From Candidatus Cloacimonadales bacterium (GTDB lineage: Bacteria > Cloacimonadota > Cloacimonadia > G963667145), in NCBI GenBank assembly GCA_965140615.1, contig OZ223280.1, positions 1,268,077 through 1,332,076 of the forward strand: 64,000 nt of DNA. Direction: 5' to 3'. Of this stretch, positions 29,346 through 38,975 are shown piece by piece (position 1 is the stretch's first letter; each line of letters opens with the position of its first letter). The position numbers and the translations under genes are program-made. The notes beneath the pieces were generated by a model. It saw only the letters and a list, made by a program, of their open reading frames with translations. It had not been told where the DNA came from and did no database searches.

Positions 29346-30199
29346 AGGATTACCTTGCTAAGGTTGTACTCCAAAATGTCGCTAGCTCCCCACTTTTTCA
29401 GCTTGGGCAGTAGTGCAGGTACATCTTGTGTGTCGATGGTAATCTTGACGGCAAAGCCAGCTTCGTTTGCCAGAGGCATCACCGTGGGCGATTTTAGAGC
29501 GGGGAGTTTGCCGATTATCTCTTTTTTGTCAGTTGGGATGTTCATCTCTATCATCGACTTGTTTCTGCCCAAGAGGATTGCCTCGAAAAGCATTTTCAGC
29601 TCTAAGATTTTTTCGCTTTTCCAAGGGTCAGTCATCGCACTTTTGGTGGCTACGAAGTTGGTGGCGGATTGCATTAGCGTAGCGACGATTTTCAGGTTGT
29701 TGTCTCGCAAGGTGTTGCCTGTGGAAGTGTTATCTATTATCATATCAGCATCTTCTGGTGGGTAAACTTCGGTGGCTCCGTGTACGGTTAGTAGTTTATA
29801 GTCAAATCCTTGTTCGCTTAGCCAGCTTTTGGCAATTTTTTCGTACTCCGAGACAACGATGATTTTCCGCTTCTTGAGGCTCTCCAGCGTTAGGTTATCG
29901 GGGATAGCTGCCACTATGTTCACGGGGTTAAATCCCAAAGGCAAGATAGTGGTAAGGTGCTGATTAGCCTCAGATTCTAGTATCCAGTCGTCTCCACTGA
30001 AGCCGATATCGTGTCTGCCCAGAGCCAAGAGGTTGGGGATGTTGCGAGGCTTCATTATTTTTACGATCAAATCTTCTTTGTTCGTGGCTGGTCGCAGCCC
30101 TCTACCGCTTAGGGTCAAGCGGATGCCAGCTTGTGCCATTAGCTCTTTTACTTGGTCAAAGATTCTTCCTTTGGGTAAAACTAAGTTCAATTTTTTCAT
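29342..30199 (-). CDS. hisG: ATP phosphoribosyltransferase, long form
   Basis: MKKLNLVLPKGRIFDQV... 285 aa, including the C-terminal regulatory domain. Confidence 0.85.
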   Translation of the reverse strand: MKKLNLVLPKGRIFDQVKELMAQAGIRLTLSGRGLRPATNKEDLIVKIMKPRNIPNLLALGRHDIGFSGDDWILESEANQHLTTILPLGFNPVNIVAAIPDNLTLESLKKRKIIVVSEYEKIAKSWLSEQGFDYKLLTVHGATEVYPPEDADMIIDNTSTGNTLRDNNLKIVATLMQSATNFVATKSAMTDPWKSEKILELKMLFEAILLGRNKSMIEMNIPTDKKEIIGKLPALKSPTVMPLANEAGFAVKITIDTQDVPALLPKLKKWGASDILEYNLSKVIL

Positions 30200-30209
30200 T
30201 TTTTATCCT

Positions 30210-30557
30210 TTATTCGGCTAAAATATTTTCAATCTCTTGGACTGCTTTTAATATCTGTTTTTTCAAGGTTTCCCTGTCAAATTCCTCTACGAAGTCGTTT
30301 TTCTTAGTGCGATTGTTCAGGATCTTCTTCACGCCTTTGATGGCGTAGCCTTGCGTGTGGAGCATATACTTTATCTCTTCCAAAAGTTTTATATCTTTTT
30401 TGGAGTATTGCCTTTTTCTGCCCGAGAGTTTGTTGGGTGATAGTTGCTTGAACTCGGTTTCCCAATAGCGGACGGTGTGATCTGGCAATTGCAAGAGGTT
30501 ACAAACCTCTCCGATGGAGTAGTATCTTTTTTTCATTATTATCGGAAACAAAACCAA
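30210..30557 (-). CDS. MerR-family HTH transcriptional regulator upstream of the his operon
   Basis: YSIGEVCNLLQLPDHTVRYWETEF, a MerR-type HTH. Confidence 0.7.
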   Translation of the reverse strand: MVLFPIIMKKRYYSIGEVCNLLQLPDHTVRYWETEFKQLSPNKLSGRKRQYSKKDIKLLEEIKYMLHTQGYAIKGVKKILNNRTKKNDFVEEFDRETLKKQILKAVQEIENILAE

Positions 30558-30696
30558 TACGCTCCAGATTGTAAAGTGGAAATTCTAAAATTTTTGGTTG
30601 ACAGCCCACAACTCTGCTTGAGTTTATATTTTCAATTTGGTTTGCAAGGTTTTTTGCTAGGCTTGGTTTAAGTTTAATATTTTTAAGGTTGGTTTT

Positions 30697-31467
30697 ATGA
30701 GGATAAATAAACTGGTTTTTTTGGTTCTGCTTTTGAGTTTTTCCCTATTGTGGAGTATGCAGATGACAAAGGTGCGAGGGGCTACCTTTACTAGAGGTAA
30801 CGCCTTGGAAAAGGGAGATTTGTTCCCTGAGCATCAGGTAAAGGTGAAGAGCTTTTACATTGGAAAATATGAGGTTACACAAAAGCAGTGGAACCAGATA
30901 ATGGATAGTGTAGATTGCCCTATTAAGGGCGACGATTACCCTGTGTCTAATGTGAGCTGGTGGGACGCTGTTAAGTTTTGCAATAAGCTCTCTCGCAAAG
31001 AAAGGCTGACCCCTTGTTATAATGTGTTAAAAGGGCAGATGGTAAAGTGCGATTATGAAGCCTCGGGTTATCGCTTGCCTTCTGATGCGGAGTGGGAGCT
31101 TGCAGCTATAGGTGGGGGAGATAAATATCGCAGAAAATATGCGGGCGATGATGAGCTGGGAATGGTAGGCTGGACAGGAATTAAAGAACCACACCCAGTG
31201 GGGCAAAAGAAGCCCAATAGGCTGGGGATATACGATATGACAGGCAATGTATTTGAATGGTGCAACGACTGGTATGATGCTTATTATTACAAGCTGGCTA
31301 AGGTGCAGCCCAAGAACCCCAAAGGTGCTAATTTTGGAAGTTTCAAGTCGATAAGAGGCGGAAGCTATCTAAGTGGGAGCAAAGATGCAATGGTGCCTTA
31401 TCGTAGCTTCGCCAGACCAGTCAGACGCAAGGAAAATATCGGCTTTAGAGTGGCGAAGTCTTTTTAG
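30697..31467 (+). CDS. Formylglycine-generating-enzyme (SUMF1/FGE-sulfatase) domain protein, secreted
   Basis: Signal peptide. WWDAVKFCN, GYRLPSDAEWELAA, GNVFEWCNDWY and RGGSY are FGE-domain hallmarks. Confidence 0.7.
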   Translation: MRINKLVFLVLLLSFSLLWSMQMTKVRGATFTRGNALEKGDLFPEHQVKVKSFYIGKYEVTQKQWNQIMDSVDCPIKGDDYPVSNVSWWDAVKFCNKLSRKERLTPCYNVLKGQMVKCDYEASGYRLPSDAEWELAAIGGGDKYRRKYAGDDELGMVGWTGIKEPHPVGQKKPNRLGIYDMTGNVFEWCNDWYDAYYYKLAKVQPKNPKGANFGSFKSIRGGSYLSGSKDAMVPYRSFARPVRRKENIGFRVAKSF

Positions 31468-31474
31468 CACTACA

Positions 31475-32779
31475 ATGAAAATACTGGAAAAATACTTACT
31501 CAAGGAGTCTTTCAAGCCTTTCATCGGAGCTTTGGGGGTCTTCACTTCGCTGTTTTTGATCGATATGATTATCAGCAAACTCAGCCTTATTATCCAAAAG
31601 AAGCTTTCCTTTATGACTGTGTTGAGTTTGTTCGGCTACAATCTGCCGGCGATGGTGGCTCTGACTATCCCGATGGCTATCTTGTTTGCTTCGATTATGA
31701 CTTTCGGCAAACTTTCTATAGACAACGAGCTGACGGCTATCAAGTCTTGCGGAGTGAGCATCTACAAACTTCTGCGACCTTTGTATGTCTTGGTGATAGT
31801 TTTCTCTTGCTTTATGTTGTATTTCAACCATATTGTCTTGCCAGACAGTAACTTCTACTCTCGGGACTTGCTAATTCATATCGCTTATCGCAATCCCATT
31901 AGCAACATCAAAACAGGTGTCTTCAATAAAAACCAAAACATTTCTGATTTGGTGATTTACGCTGGCGACAAGGACAAAAAGTACCTGCGGGATGTTTTGA
32001 TTTACAACAAAGGACAAAGGGAAACTTTCCAGATTGTGAGTGCCAAGTACGGTGCTATAGAGTTGGCTAACAATGGGAACGATTTGATAGCGAAACTCTA
32101 CGAAGGCGAGATACACGAGAAGAGTCTGAAGAACCCCAACAACTACAGGGTAGTCAAGTTCCGTCAGTTCAACTTCAACATCTTTGGTGGCACTGGCGAT
32201 AGCAATTTGCGACACACGCTTAGCGATAGGGAGATGAACACGAAGCTGATGATGGAGAAGATTGGGCAGAACAATATGGTAATCTTGGGTGCAGACTCCC
32301 TGCGAGAGGTTTATCATCGACAATTGGAGAAGATGGAGCATGGCAAACAGTACGATGCCATCACCACCAAGATGCTACAAGAAGAGAACAAAGCCAAGCG
32401 TTACCAAGGGTACAACTACGCTTACTGGGTGGAGATACACAAGAAGAACGCCTTGGCGTTTGCGTGCATTATCTTCTTGTTCTTGGGAGTACCCGTGGGG
32501 CTTATGGCCAAGAGCAGCGGAGTGGGAGCAGCTTTCGGCTTTAGCATGGTGGTGTTTGTGCTGTACCACTCAATGCTCCTAGGGGGCGAAGAGCTGGCTG
32601 ACCGCGGGATAGTGGCTCCATGGCTATCGATGTGGCTAGCGAATATCGTCTTGGTCGTTTTGGCTACTATCCTTACTTGGAAGTCCAAACGAGACACCAA
32701 CGCTTTCGACTCGGTGAGGTTTAAGTTGCGTAAATTTTTCAAAAAATTTTTAAAAACTAAAGGAACTCAGATTGATTAA
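31475..32779 (+). CDS. lptF: LptF/LptG-family (YjgP/YjgQ) lipopolysaccharide export permease
   Basis: MKILEKYLLKESFKPF... start chosen at the internal Met with an upstream SD. Six-TM permease fold with a large periplasmic loop. Confidence 0.7.
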   Translation: MKILEKYLLKESFKPFIGALGVFTSLFLIDMIISKLSLIIQKKLSFMTVLSLFGYNLPAMVALTIPMAILFASIMTFGKLSIDNELTAIKSCGVSIYKLLRPLYVLVIVFSCFMLYFNHIVLPDSNFYSRDLLIHIAYRNPISNIKTGVFNKNQNISDLVIYAGDKDKKYLRDVLIYNKGQRETFQIVSAKYGAIELANNGNDLIAKLYEGEIHEKSLKNPNNYRVVKFRQFNFNIFGGTGDSNLRHTLSDREMNTKLMMEKIGQNNMVILGADSLREVYHRQLEKMEHGKQYDAITTKMLQEENKAKRYQGYNYAYWVEIHKKNALAFACIIFLFLGVPVGLMAKSSGVGAAFGFSMVVFVLYHSMLLGGEELADRGIVAPWLSMWLANIVLVVLATILTWKSKRDTNAFDSVRFKLRKFFKKFLKTKGTQID

Positions 32780-33866
32780 AATATTAGATCGCTACATATT
32801 GGGCTCTTATATCAAAAACTTTGTGCTGATAAGTTTGTCTTTTTCCGTGCTTTTTATCGTGATTAGCATCTTCGATAGGCTCACAAGGTTTATGAAGTAC
32901 GGAGCTTCTTTGTACGACGCATTGTCTTATTTCTTGTACAATATGCCTTACCTTTTCATCCTTACATCGCCCGTGGCAGTGCTTTTGTCTAGCCTATTTC
33001 TGATGAACAAACTTTCCAAATTTAATGAGTCTATCGCCGTGAGAGCTTCTGGCAGGAGCATTACAAGGATGGTGATGCCCGTTTTTATCTTCGGCTTTTT
33101 TTATAGCTTTTTTGTGATGTGGGTCGGCGAGACGATATTGCCCAAAGCTATCCAACTGCGGGAGCACACCTATGTGGTCAAGATTAGAGGCGAGAAGATG
33201 GAAGACATCAAACGACGGGCGAACATCAATTACAAGGGGCAAAACGACTTGTTTTTTAATATCGGATTTTTTGACGGTTATAGCAAGAAGTTGTACAACA
33301 TAGATATCGTGCAGTACGATCCCATCACGGGTGGACTGGTGCAGACTATCGCTGCTCAATCGGCTGTCTGGCAAGAGGATAAGTGGATTTTCAAAGGGTG
33401 CTATGTTCGCAAGTTTGAAGATGGGATGCCCACAGAGGTGGACTTTTTCAAAGATGGCAAGGTAATTCCCATCGTGGATGTCAAGCCGATAGATTTTGTT
33501 AAATCTTCCAAAGACCCTTTGGCGATGAGCTACACAGAGCTCAAAGAGTACATCCAGCGGCAGGAGAAGGTGGGCGAAAAGTCTTTGTCCGAGAGGGTAG
33601 ATTTGGCAACGAAGCTGGCTTTCCCCTTTGCTAACTTGATTATCTTGTTCTTTAGCGTGCCCATGGCGTCTGCCTCTGTGCGGAGCAAGACCAGAAGCGT
33701 GGTCTTTTTGGTGGGACTGGTGGTTTGCTTTGTCTATCTGGCAGCACTACGAGTAAGCCAAAACCTTGGCTACACGGGGGTTTTGCCACCTTTGTGGGCA
33801 GCTTGGGGACCGAATGTCCTTTTCAGCGTTTTGGGTCTATGGTTTGCTAGTAGAGCAGAGGTGTAG
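32772..33866 (+). CDS. lptG: LptF/LptG-family permease, second paralog
   Basis: MIKILDRYILGSYIKNF...; overlaps the preceding gene by 8 bp. Confidence 0.7.
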   Translation: MIKILDRYILGSYIKNFVLISLSFSVLFIVISIFDRLTRFMKYGASLYDALSYFLYNMPYLFILTSPVAVLLSSLFLMNKLSKFNESIAVRASGRSITRMVMPVFIFGFFYSFFVMWVGETILPKAIQLREHTYVVKIRGEKMEDIKRRANINYKGQNDLFFNIGFFDGYSKKLYNIDIVQYDPITGGLVQTIAAQSAVWQEDKWIFKGCYVRKFEDGMPTEVDFFKDGKVIPIVDVKPIDFVKSSKDPLAMSYTELKEYIQRQEKVGEKSLSERVDLATKLAFPFANLIILFFSVPMASASVRSKTRSVVFLVGLVVCFVYLAALRVSQNLGYTGVLPPLWAAWGPNVLFSVLGLWFASRAEV

Positions 33867-33883
33867 CTTTTTGACCTTATTGC

Positions 33884-34801
33884 TTAGATAAGGAACAACC
33901 TCTCTAGCGTTGCAAATATCTTTTCCAAGCTGGTGATCGTATTTATTTCTTGGCGGGCTTTGCTACCACCTATGATGTTTTTGGTGTACTTGGCGATGTG
34001 TGCTCGCATCAGTTGCACGCCTTTTGTCTTACCGTAATGCTGGATGGCTAGGTGATAGTGCTCTTTGATGGTGTCGAGCTTTTCTTGGTTAGTGGGCGAT
34101 TTTTGGGCGAAGACCCACGGATTGCCGATAGCTCCACGCCCTATCATCACACTATCGCACCCTGTCTCTTGCTTCATCTTGCGGATGTCATCTCTGCTAA
34201 AAACATCGCCGTTGCCCACCACGGGCAGGTCGCAAGCCTGTTTTAGCTTGGTTATCTGTGACCAAGTGCTGTGCCCTGTGAACATCTGTGCTCTGTTGCG
34301 TGGGTGCAAGATCAAGATGTCAGCACCTGCCTCTTGCATTTTTAGCCCGAACTCTAGGTAGTTGACGCTGGTGTAGCCAGAGCGGAACTTGACTACCAGT
34401 GGCGTGTCATCTGGCAGGCATTCTCGGCAACTTGCCACGATGCGGGCTGCTAGCTGGGGGTTGTCCATCAGAGCCGAGCCTGCTCCAGTTTTCACCACCT
34501 TCTTCACTGGGCAACCCATATTGATGCAAAGAAAGTCCATTGCTGGTAATATGGCGATAGCTTTGCGAAAATGAGCAGGGTCGCTACCGAAGAGCTGGAT
34601 GCCGATGGGAGAGGGGTCTTTGCTAGTGCAAGCGTAGGGTAAGCTCCCGCTGGGGGAGTATGTGAGTCCTGCGGCACTGACCATCTCGGTGGTGAGGATG
34701 TCTACGCCGTATTTCTTGGCTATGAGTCTGTAGGGTAGGTCGGTGAAGCCAGCTAGTGGTGCTAGCCAAGTGGTGTCGTTGCCAAGGTTAAAGGATTGCA
34801 T
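33884..34801 (-). CDS. dus: tRNA-dihydrouridine synthase
   Basis: LAPLAGFTDLPYR, INMGCPVKKV (catalytic Cys) and the TIM-barrel Dus signature. Confidence 0.85.
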   Translation of the reverse strand: MQSFNLGNDTTWLAPLAGFTDLPYRLIAKKYGVDILTTEMVSAAGLTYSPSGSLPYACTSKDPSPIGIQLFGSDPAHFRKAIAILPAMDFLCINMGCPVKKVVKTGAGSALMDNPQLAARIVASCRECLPDDTPLVVKFRSGYTSVNYLEFGLKMQEAGADILILHPRNRAQMFTGHSTWSQITKLKQACDLPVVGNGDVFSRDDIRKMKQETGCDSVMIGRGAIGNPWVFAQKSPTNQEKLDTIKEHYHLAIQHYGKTKGVQLMRAHIAKYTKNIIGGSKARQEINTITSLEKIFATLERLFLI

Positions 34802-34837
34802 AATCTTAAAGTGGTGCTAAGCGGGGTAAGAGAGGTG

Positions 34838-35209
34838 TTAGCTCTTTTTTTGGTTGCAGTGAAGCCAAAAGAGGTAGCCTTCGTAGAGGTAGAGGCTGAT
34901 GAGTGGTAAAAGTAGCCCAAGACCGTAAGGTATTACCTGTAGCTGCAGATGAGTGAAGAGCAGATAGCTGTAGAGGGTGATGACCAAGAACCTGCTACCA
35001 AAGCCGACGATGATGGCTTTGCTGGTGGCGTAGCGAGAGCTAAGGGCGATGAGCGTGCTGATGCCTGTGCAGAGCAAAAAAAATAACCCTCCAAGAAGTC
35101 CCAAGAGAAGACTGAGTCCAGAGGGTAAAAGTGTTGCGGGGCACGCCAATATTATGCTCAGCAGGCTGACTTTGCCCAAATAGATCAAATGCTTTTTATT
35201 TGATACCAT
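34838..35209 (-). CDS. Small hypothetical integral membrane protein
   Basis: 123 aa with 3-4 predicted TM helices. No family recognised. Confidence 0.3.
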   Translation of the reverse strand: MVSNKKHLIYLGKVSLLSIILACPATLLPSGLSLLLGLLGGLFFLLCTGISTLIALSSRYATSKAIIVGFGSRFLVITLYSYLLFTHLQLQVIPYGLGLLLPLISLYLYEGYLFWLHCNQKKS

Positions 35210-35549
35210 TTTGTCCCATGGTGCAGTTTCCGTTGAGGGCTGCTCCGGGTTCTACTATGAGGGTTATGGCTTTGATATCGCCGTTTATTTTGGCACTTTT
35301 TTTTATCTCGATAGTGCCTTTGGAGTTGATGCCACCGTTTACTATGCCAGCGATGATGCAGTTGTTGCAGTCGATATTGCCTTCGACCTTGCCAGTGGTG
35401 GTGATGGAAATCAGAGATTTACCATTGATGTTGCCCACGATGTCGCCGTCGATTTTTATGCCGTTCTCTCCGCTGATATCGCCTTTGATTTTCAGGTCTT
35501 TACCGATGATGGAAGAAACTTCTATCTCTCTATTTTTTTCTTTTATCAT
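35196..35549 (-). CDS. Bactofilin (DUF583) cytoskeletal protein
   Basis: Repetitive beta-helix-type ..GDI.G.I.G.. units (IKGDISGENGIKIDGDIVGNINGK...). Confidence 0.7.
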   Translation of the reverse strand: MIKEKNREIEVSSIIGKDLKIKGDISGENGIKIDGDIVGNINGKSLISITTTGKVEGNIDCNNCIIAGIVNGGINSKGTIEIKKSAKINGDIKAITLIVEPGAALNGNCTMGQNGIK

Positions 35550-35569
35550 AATAGTTCTCTCCTTAAATG

Positions 35570-36223
35570 TTAAATATCTTTTATAAAATTTTGCGGGTTT
35601 AGTTTGTTTTCATTTTGGATAATCTCGTAATGCAGATGCGGGTTGGTGCTGTAGCCAGAGTCTCCGAGTTTGCCGATGGCTTGTCCTTTTTTCACGAAAG
35701 AGTTTTTGGTGACCAAGATGGAATCTAGGTGAGCGTAAACGGTTTTGAAGCCGTTGAGGTGATTTAGGGTAATGGTTTTGCCGAAATAGTTGTCTTGGCT
35801 GGTTTGTTCCACCACTCCCGAGGCTGTTGCCAAGATAGGCGATGTTTTCTTGCCAGCGAAGTCTGTGGCAGGGTGTTTTTGGCTGTAGATTTTGCTTACT
35901 TTGTAAGGTTTTGCCACGGGCAATAAATCTGGGTAGAAGTTCTGAGGGTCGCTGAGGTTTTCGCCTTTGTTTTCTTCTATTTTTGGCTTTTGAGCCAAAT
36001 AATCTTCTAAGGCTAAGCGAAGTTTTTCTAGTTTGAGGTTGTTGTTTAGGTCTTTGTCTTGGAGTAGGTCTTGCCTGTAAGAGTCCAACTTTTTGGTCAG
36101 GGAGTTTACTTTTTGCTCGTTTTGCTTTAGTTTGTTTATCAGGTGGTAGTTGATGTAAAAGCTAGCTAGCAAAAAAGTGAGAAGCAGGATGAGAAGTATG
36201 ATGCCAAAATGCTTATTTTTCAT
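35570..36223 (-). CDS. M23-family metallopeptidase with an N-terminal TM anchor and coiled coil
   Basis: HxxxD and NPHLHYEI motifs. Confidence 0.8.
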   Translation of the reverse strand: MKNKHFGIILLILLLTFLLASFYINYHLINKLKQNEQKVNSLTKKLDSYRQDLLQDKDLNNNLKLEKLRLALEDYLAQKPKIEENKGENLSDPQNFYPDLLPVAKPYKVSKIYSQKHPATDFAGKKTSPILATASGVVEQTSQDNYFGKTITLNHLNGFKTVYAHLDSILVTKNSFVKKGQAIGKLGDSGYSTNPHLHYEIIQNENKLNPQNFIKDI

Positions 36224-37073
36224 CTGTGAGAAGTTTCAGGAGTTCTTCTTTTTGAGATTTTGATTGATACGAAAAGACGACCTTGCCCTTGCTATTGCTT
36301 CCTTGGACTTTCACGGAGACATTGTACTTATCTTTTAAGAGGTGCTCCAGCTGGGAGAAGTCTAGCTGAGCTTTTTTATTTTTAACGATTGTGGCAGAAG
36401 ATTTGACCAAAGACTCGCTGGCTCGCACAGATAGCCCTTTTTGGGCGATAGTGGCAGCGATAGCCTCTCGTTGCTCTGGCTCGGCTTGCATTATCACCTT
36501 GGCGTGTCCCATGCTTATCTTTTTTTGTAAGAGGAGCTCTCTTATGGAGTTCTCTAGGCTCAAAAGGCGAAGAAAGTTGGAGATAGTAGTACGGTCTTTG
36601 CCCATAGCGGTGGCTATCTCGCTGTGAGTGTAGTTGAACTCTTCTCGTAGCCTTTGGTAACTGGCAGCCTCTTCGATGGGGTTCAAGTTCTCTCGCTGAA
36701 CATTTTCGATGATAGCTAGCTGGAGCATCTGTTGTCTGGTAGCCTCACGGATGACTACGGGTACTTTTTCCAGATTTGCCAGTTTTGCCGCTTGTAGTCG
36801 TCGCTCGCCGGCTATCAGCTCGTAGCGACCTTCCTCTTGTTGAGTAACTATCAGTGGCTGGATGATGCCGTTCTCGATGATGGAGTCTCTGAGTTCTTCC
36901 AGTTTCTCTTGGTCGAAGTGCCGTCTGGGCTGATAGCGGTTGGGGAAGATAGATTTGGGGCTTAGCTCGTTTATGGGGCTAGCTTCTTGGTTGTCAGTCT
37001 CTTGGGATGTCGGTTTGAAGTCAACAGGCTTAATAAGGGCTTCCAAGCCACGACCCAGTTTTTTTTTGGTCAT
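36213..37073 (-). CDS. parB: Chromosome partitioning protein ParB
   Basis: GERRLQAAKLANLEKVPVVIRE, a ParB box / HTH. Confidence 0.9.
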   Translation of the reverse strand: MTKKKLGRGLEALIKPVDFKPTSQETDNQEASPINELSPKSIFPNRYQPRRHFDQEKLEELRDSIIENGIIQPLIVTQQEEGRYELIAGERRLQAAKLANLEKVPVVIREATRQQMLQLAIIENVQRENLNPIEEAASYQRLREEFNYTHSEIATAMGKDRTTISNFLRLLSLENSIRELLLQKKISMGHAKVIMQAEPEQREAIAATIAQKGLSVRASESLVKSSATIVKNKKAQLDFSQLEHLLKDKYNVSVKVQGSNSKGKVVFSYQSKSQKEELLKLLTDEK

Positions 37074-37825
37074 CGTGCTACCACCTCTTTGACTAGGTTT
37101 AGGTAATCTTGAGCTCCGCGAGAGGTGATGGCGTAATCAAAGATGGTTTGACCAAAGCTAGGAGACTCGCTGAGTTTGACATTTCTGGCGATGTAAGTTT
37201 TGAAAAGCTTATCGCCAAAGTAGTTTTTGACATCCTCTTCCACTTGCTGACTGAGGTTGAGCCTCTTGTCGTACATAGTCAGGAGCACGCCTAGTATCTC
37301 TAAGGTAGGGTTAAGGCTGTTTTGGATCAGCTTGATGGTGTTCAGTAGCTGGCTGACACCTTCCAAGGCGTAGTACTCGCATTGGATAGGCAATAGCACA
37401 TGGGTGCTGGCAGTCAGGGCGTTGATGGTCAGTAGTCCCAGCGATGGTGGGCAGTCGATGATGATGTACTCGTAATCTTCCAAGATGGGTTGTAAGGCGT
37501 TTTTTAGCTTTTGTTCACGGGCGTACTCTTTTACTAGCTCTATTTCCGCTCCAGTTAGGTTGATGTCCGCAGGCACTACATCCAGTTTTTTGTAGTTGGA
37601 TTTGACGATGCAAGACTTGATGCTTTTTTCCCCGATGAGCATTTTGTAAACTTGGCTATTGACTTTGCTTTTGTTTATGCCGATGCCCGATGTGGAGTTG
37701 CCTTGCGGGTCTAAATCTATGAGCAGGGTTTTCTTTTCGTAAACTCCCAAAGCTGCTGACAAGTTCACAGAGGTGGTGGTTTTGCCCACTCCACCTTTTT
37801 GATTGACGACTGATACTACTTTCAT
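37070..37825 (-). CDS. parA: Chromosome partitioning ATPase ParA/Soj
   Basis: KGGVGKTTTSVNLSAALG, a deviant Walker A motif. Confidence 0.9.
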   Translation of the reverse strand: MKVVSVVNQKGGVGKTTTSVNLSAALGVYEKKTLLIDLDPQGNSTSGIGINKSKVNSQVYKMLIGEKSIKSCIVKSNYKKLDVVPADINLTGAEIELVKEYAREQKLKNALQPILEDYEYIIIDCPPSLGLLTINALTASTHVLLPIQCEYYALEGVSQLLNTIKLIQNSLNPTLEILGVLLTMYDKRLNLSQQVEEDVKNYFGDKLFKTYIARNVKLSESPSFGQTIFDYAITSRGAQDYLNLVKEVVAR

Positions 37826-37875
37826 AACCGTCCTTTCTATTTTTTTGGTTAATATTTTCTTGGTTCAGTTACAAG

Positions 37876-38969
37876 TCAAGATGTTTTTGTCGTCTTTCTG
37901 GGCGGTACACAGTAAAAGTATCCACCCTTATTTATTTTTTCTATATCTTTTAAATAATAATCTGTGATTATTGGGCTAATGTTCAAAACATTAAAATTGG
38001 GCTTCCTAGAATTTTCCCGCAAAATTTGCTTCGGAGTCTTACCTTTTCGCCCTCTGTTTCCTCTAAAATGATTAAAATACAGCGTATAACTGTGTGCTTT
38101 ACGCACAAAATCGTTGCAATCATCAAATTCATCAATCAGATAAAACTCGTCCTCTACCAGCCGATGAGCACTTTCAACATCAGAATTAAAAGTGGGCGAA
38201 CCTTTGGGGATAAGCGAATGATTAGCACCATTTATTTGCACACTTTTTTGAAAAAAGCTCAAACCCTTTTTCTTGGGACTCACAAACTCTGAGCCATTGT
38301 CGGTTTGAAAAGTAACTTTGGAAAGATCAACACCACAACTCTTTAATCTTTTAGACAAAAAATCGATATAAATCCCTGCATTTACGGCTGTTTTCTCATA
38401 GCAATAACCGATGAATTGCATACCAGTTTTGTAGTCTCTAGCAGTGATTTGATAGCGAGGATAATTTTTGTACTTAATCCCCTCAAACAATTCTGGCATA
38501 TCGGTCAAATACTTAATATCCACTTGGATTTTTTCAAAAGGTTTTGCCCTAGCTCGCATTTCACTTAAATCTTTGCGTTGCTGATATTTCCGTTTCTTTT
38601 TCTTTACCAAACCAGCATCACAGAGCTTTTTATGAACAGTCGAAGCTGAACAATTTAACTGCAAATGGTCAATAATTCGCCTAGCTCCCCAGCGATTTTT
38701 TGCCTTTTTGCGACAAACTACTATTTCCTCTATTATCTCAGATTTTAAGCGATTTGGGAAATTTTGCTTTTTTCGAGATTTATTAACCAGACCATCCTCG
38801 CCCTTTTCTTTATAGGCTTTGACCCACTTTCGCACAGTTTTTCTAGTGGTCTCAAATTCTCTAGCTGCAGCGGAAATAGATGTTTCATTTGCAAATTTCA
38901 CCAAATTTTTCCGATAAAATTTCTTGTCTTTTCTACTCATAATTTTCAAATTGTCTATATATTTTTTCA
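37876..38969 (-). CDS. DDE transposase (copy B); ORF terminates in flanking DNA ~50 bp upstream of parA
   Basis: MKKYIDNLKIMS... nearly identical to copies A and C. The C-terminal tail ...VPPRKTTKTS is flank-encoded. Confidence 0.75.
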
Positions 38970-38975
38970 TAATGG
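37899..38975 (-). mobile_element. IS copy B (older copy), body from the right end to its own start codon. Its left end, 40198-40355, has been displaced by insertion of copy C.
   Basis: Right end GTGTACCGCCCA (reverse complement at 37899-37910). The body is co-linear with copies A and C and is interrupted immediately upstream of its ATG. Confidence 0.7.

Noticed and set aside
31373-31474. 5' extension of the LptF-like ORF overlapping the end of the FGE-domain gene
   Set aside because: The internal ATG at 31475 gives a typical LptF N-terminus (MKILEKYLL...) and avoids a 95-bp overlap.
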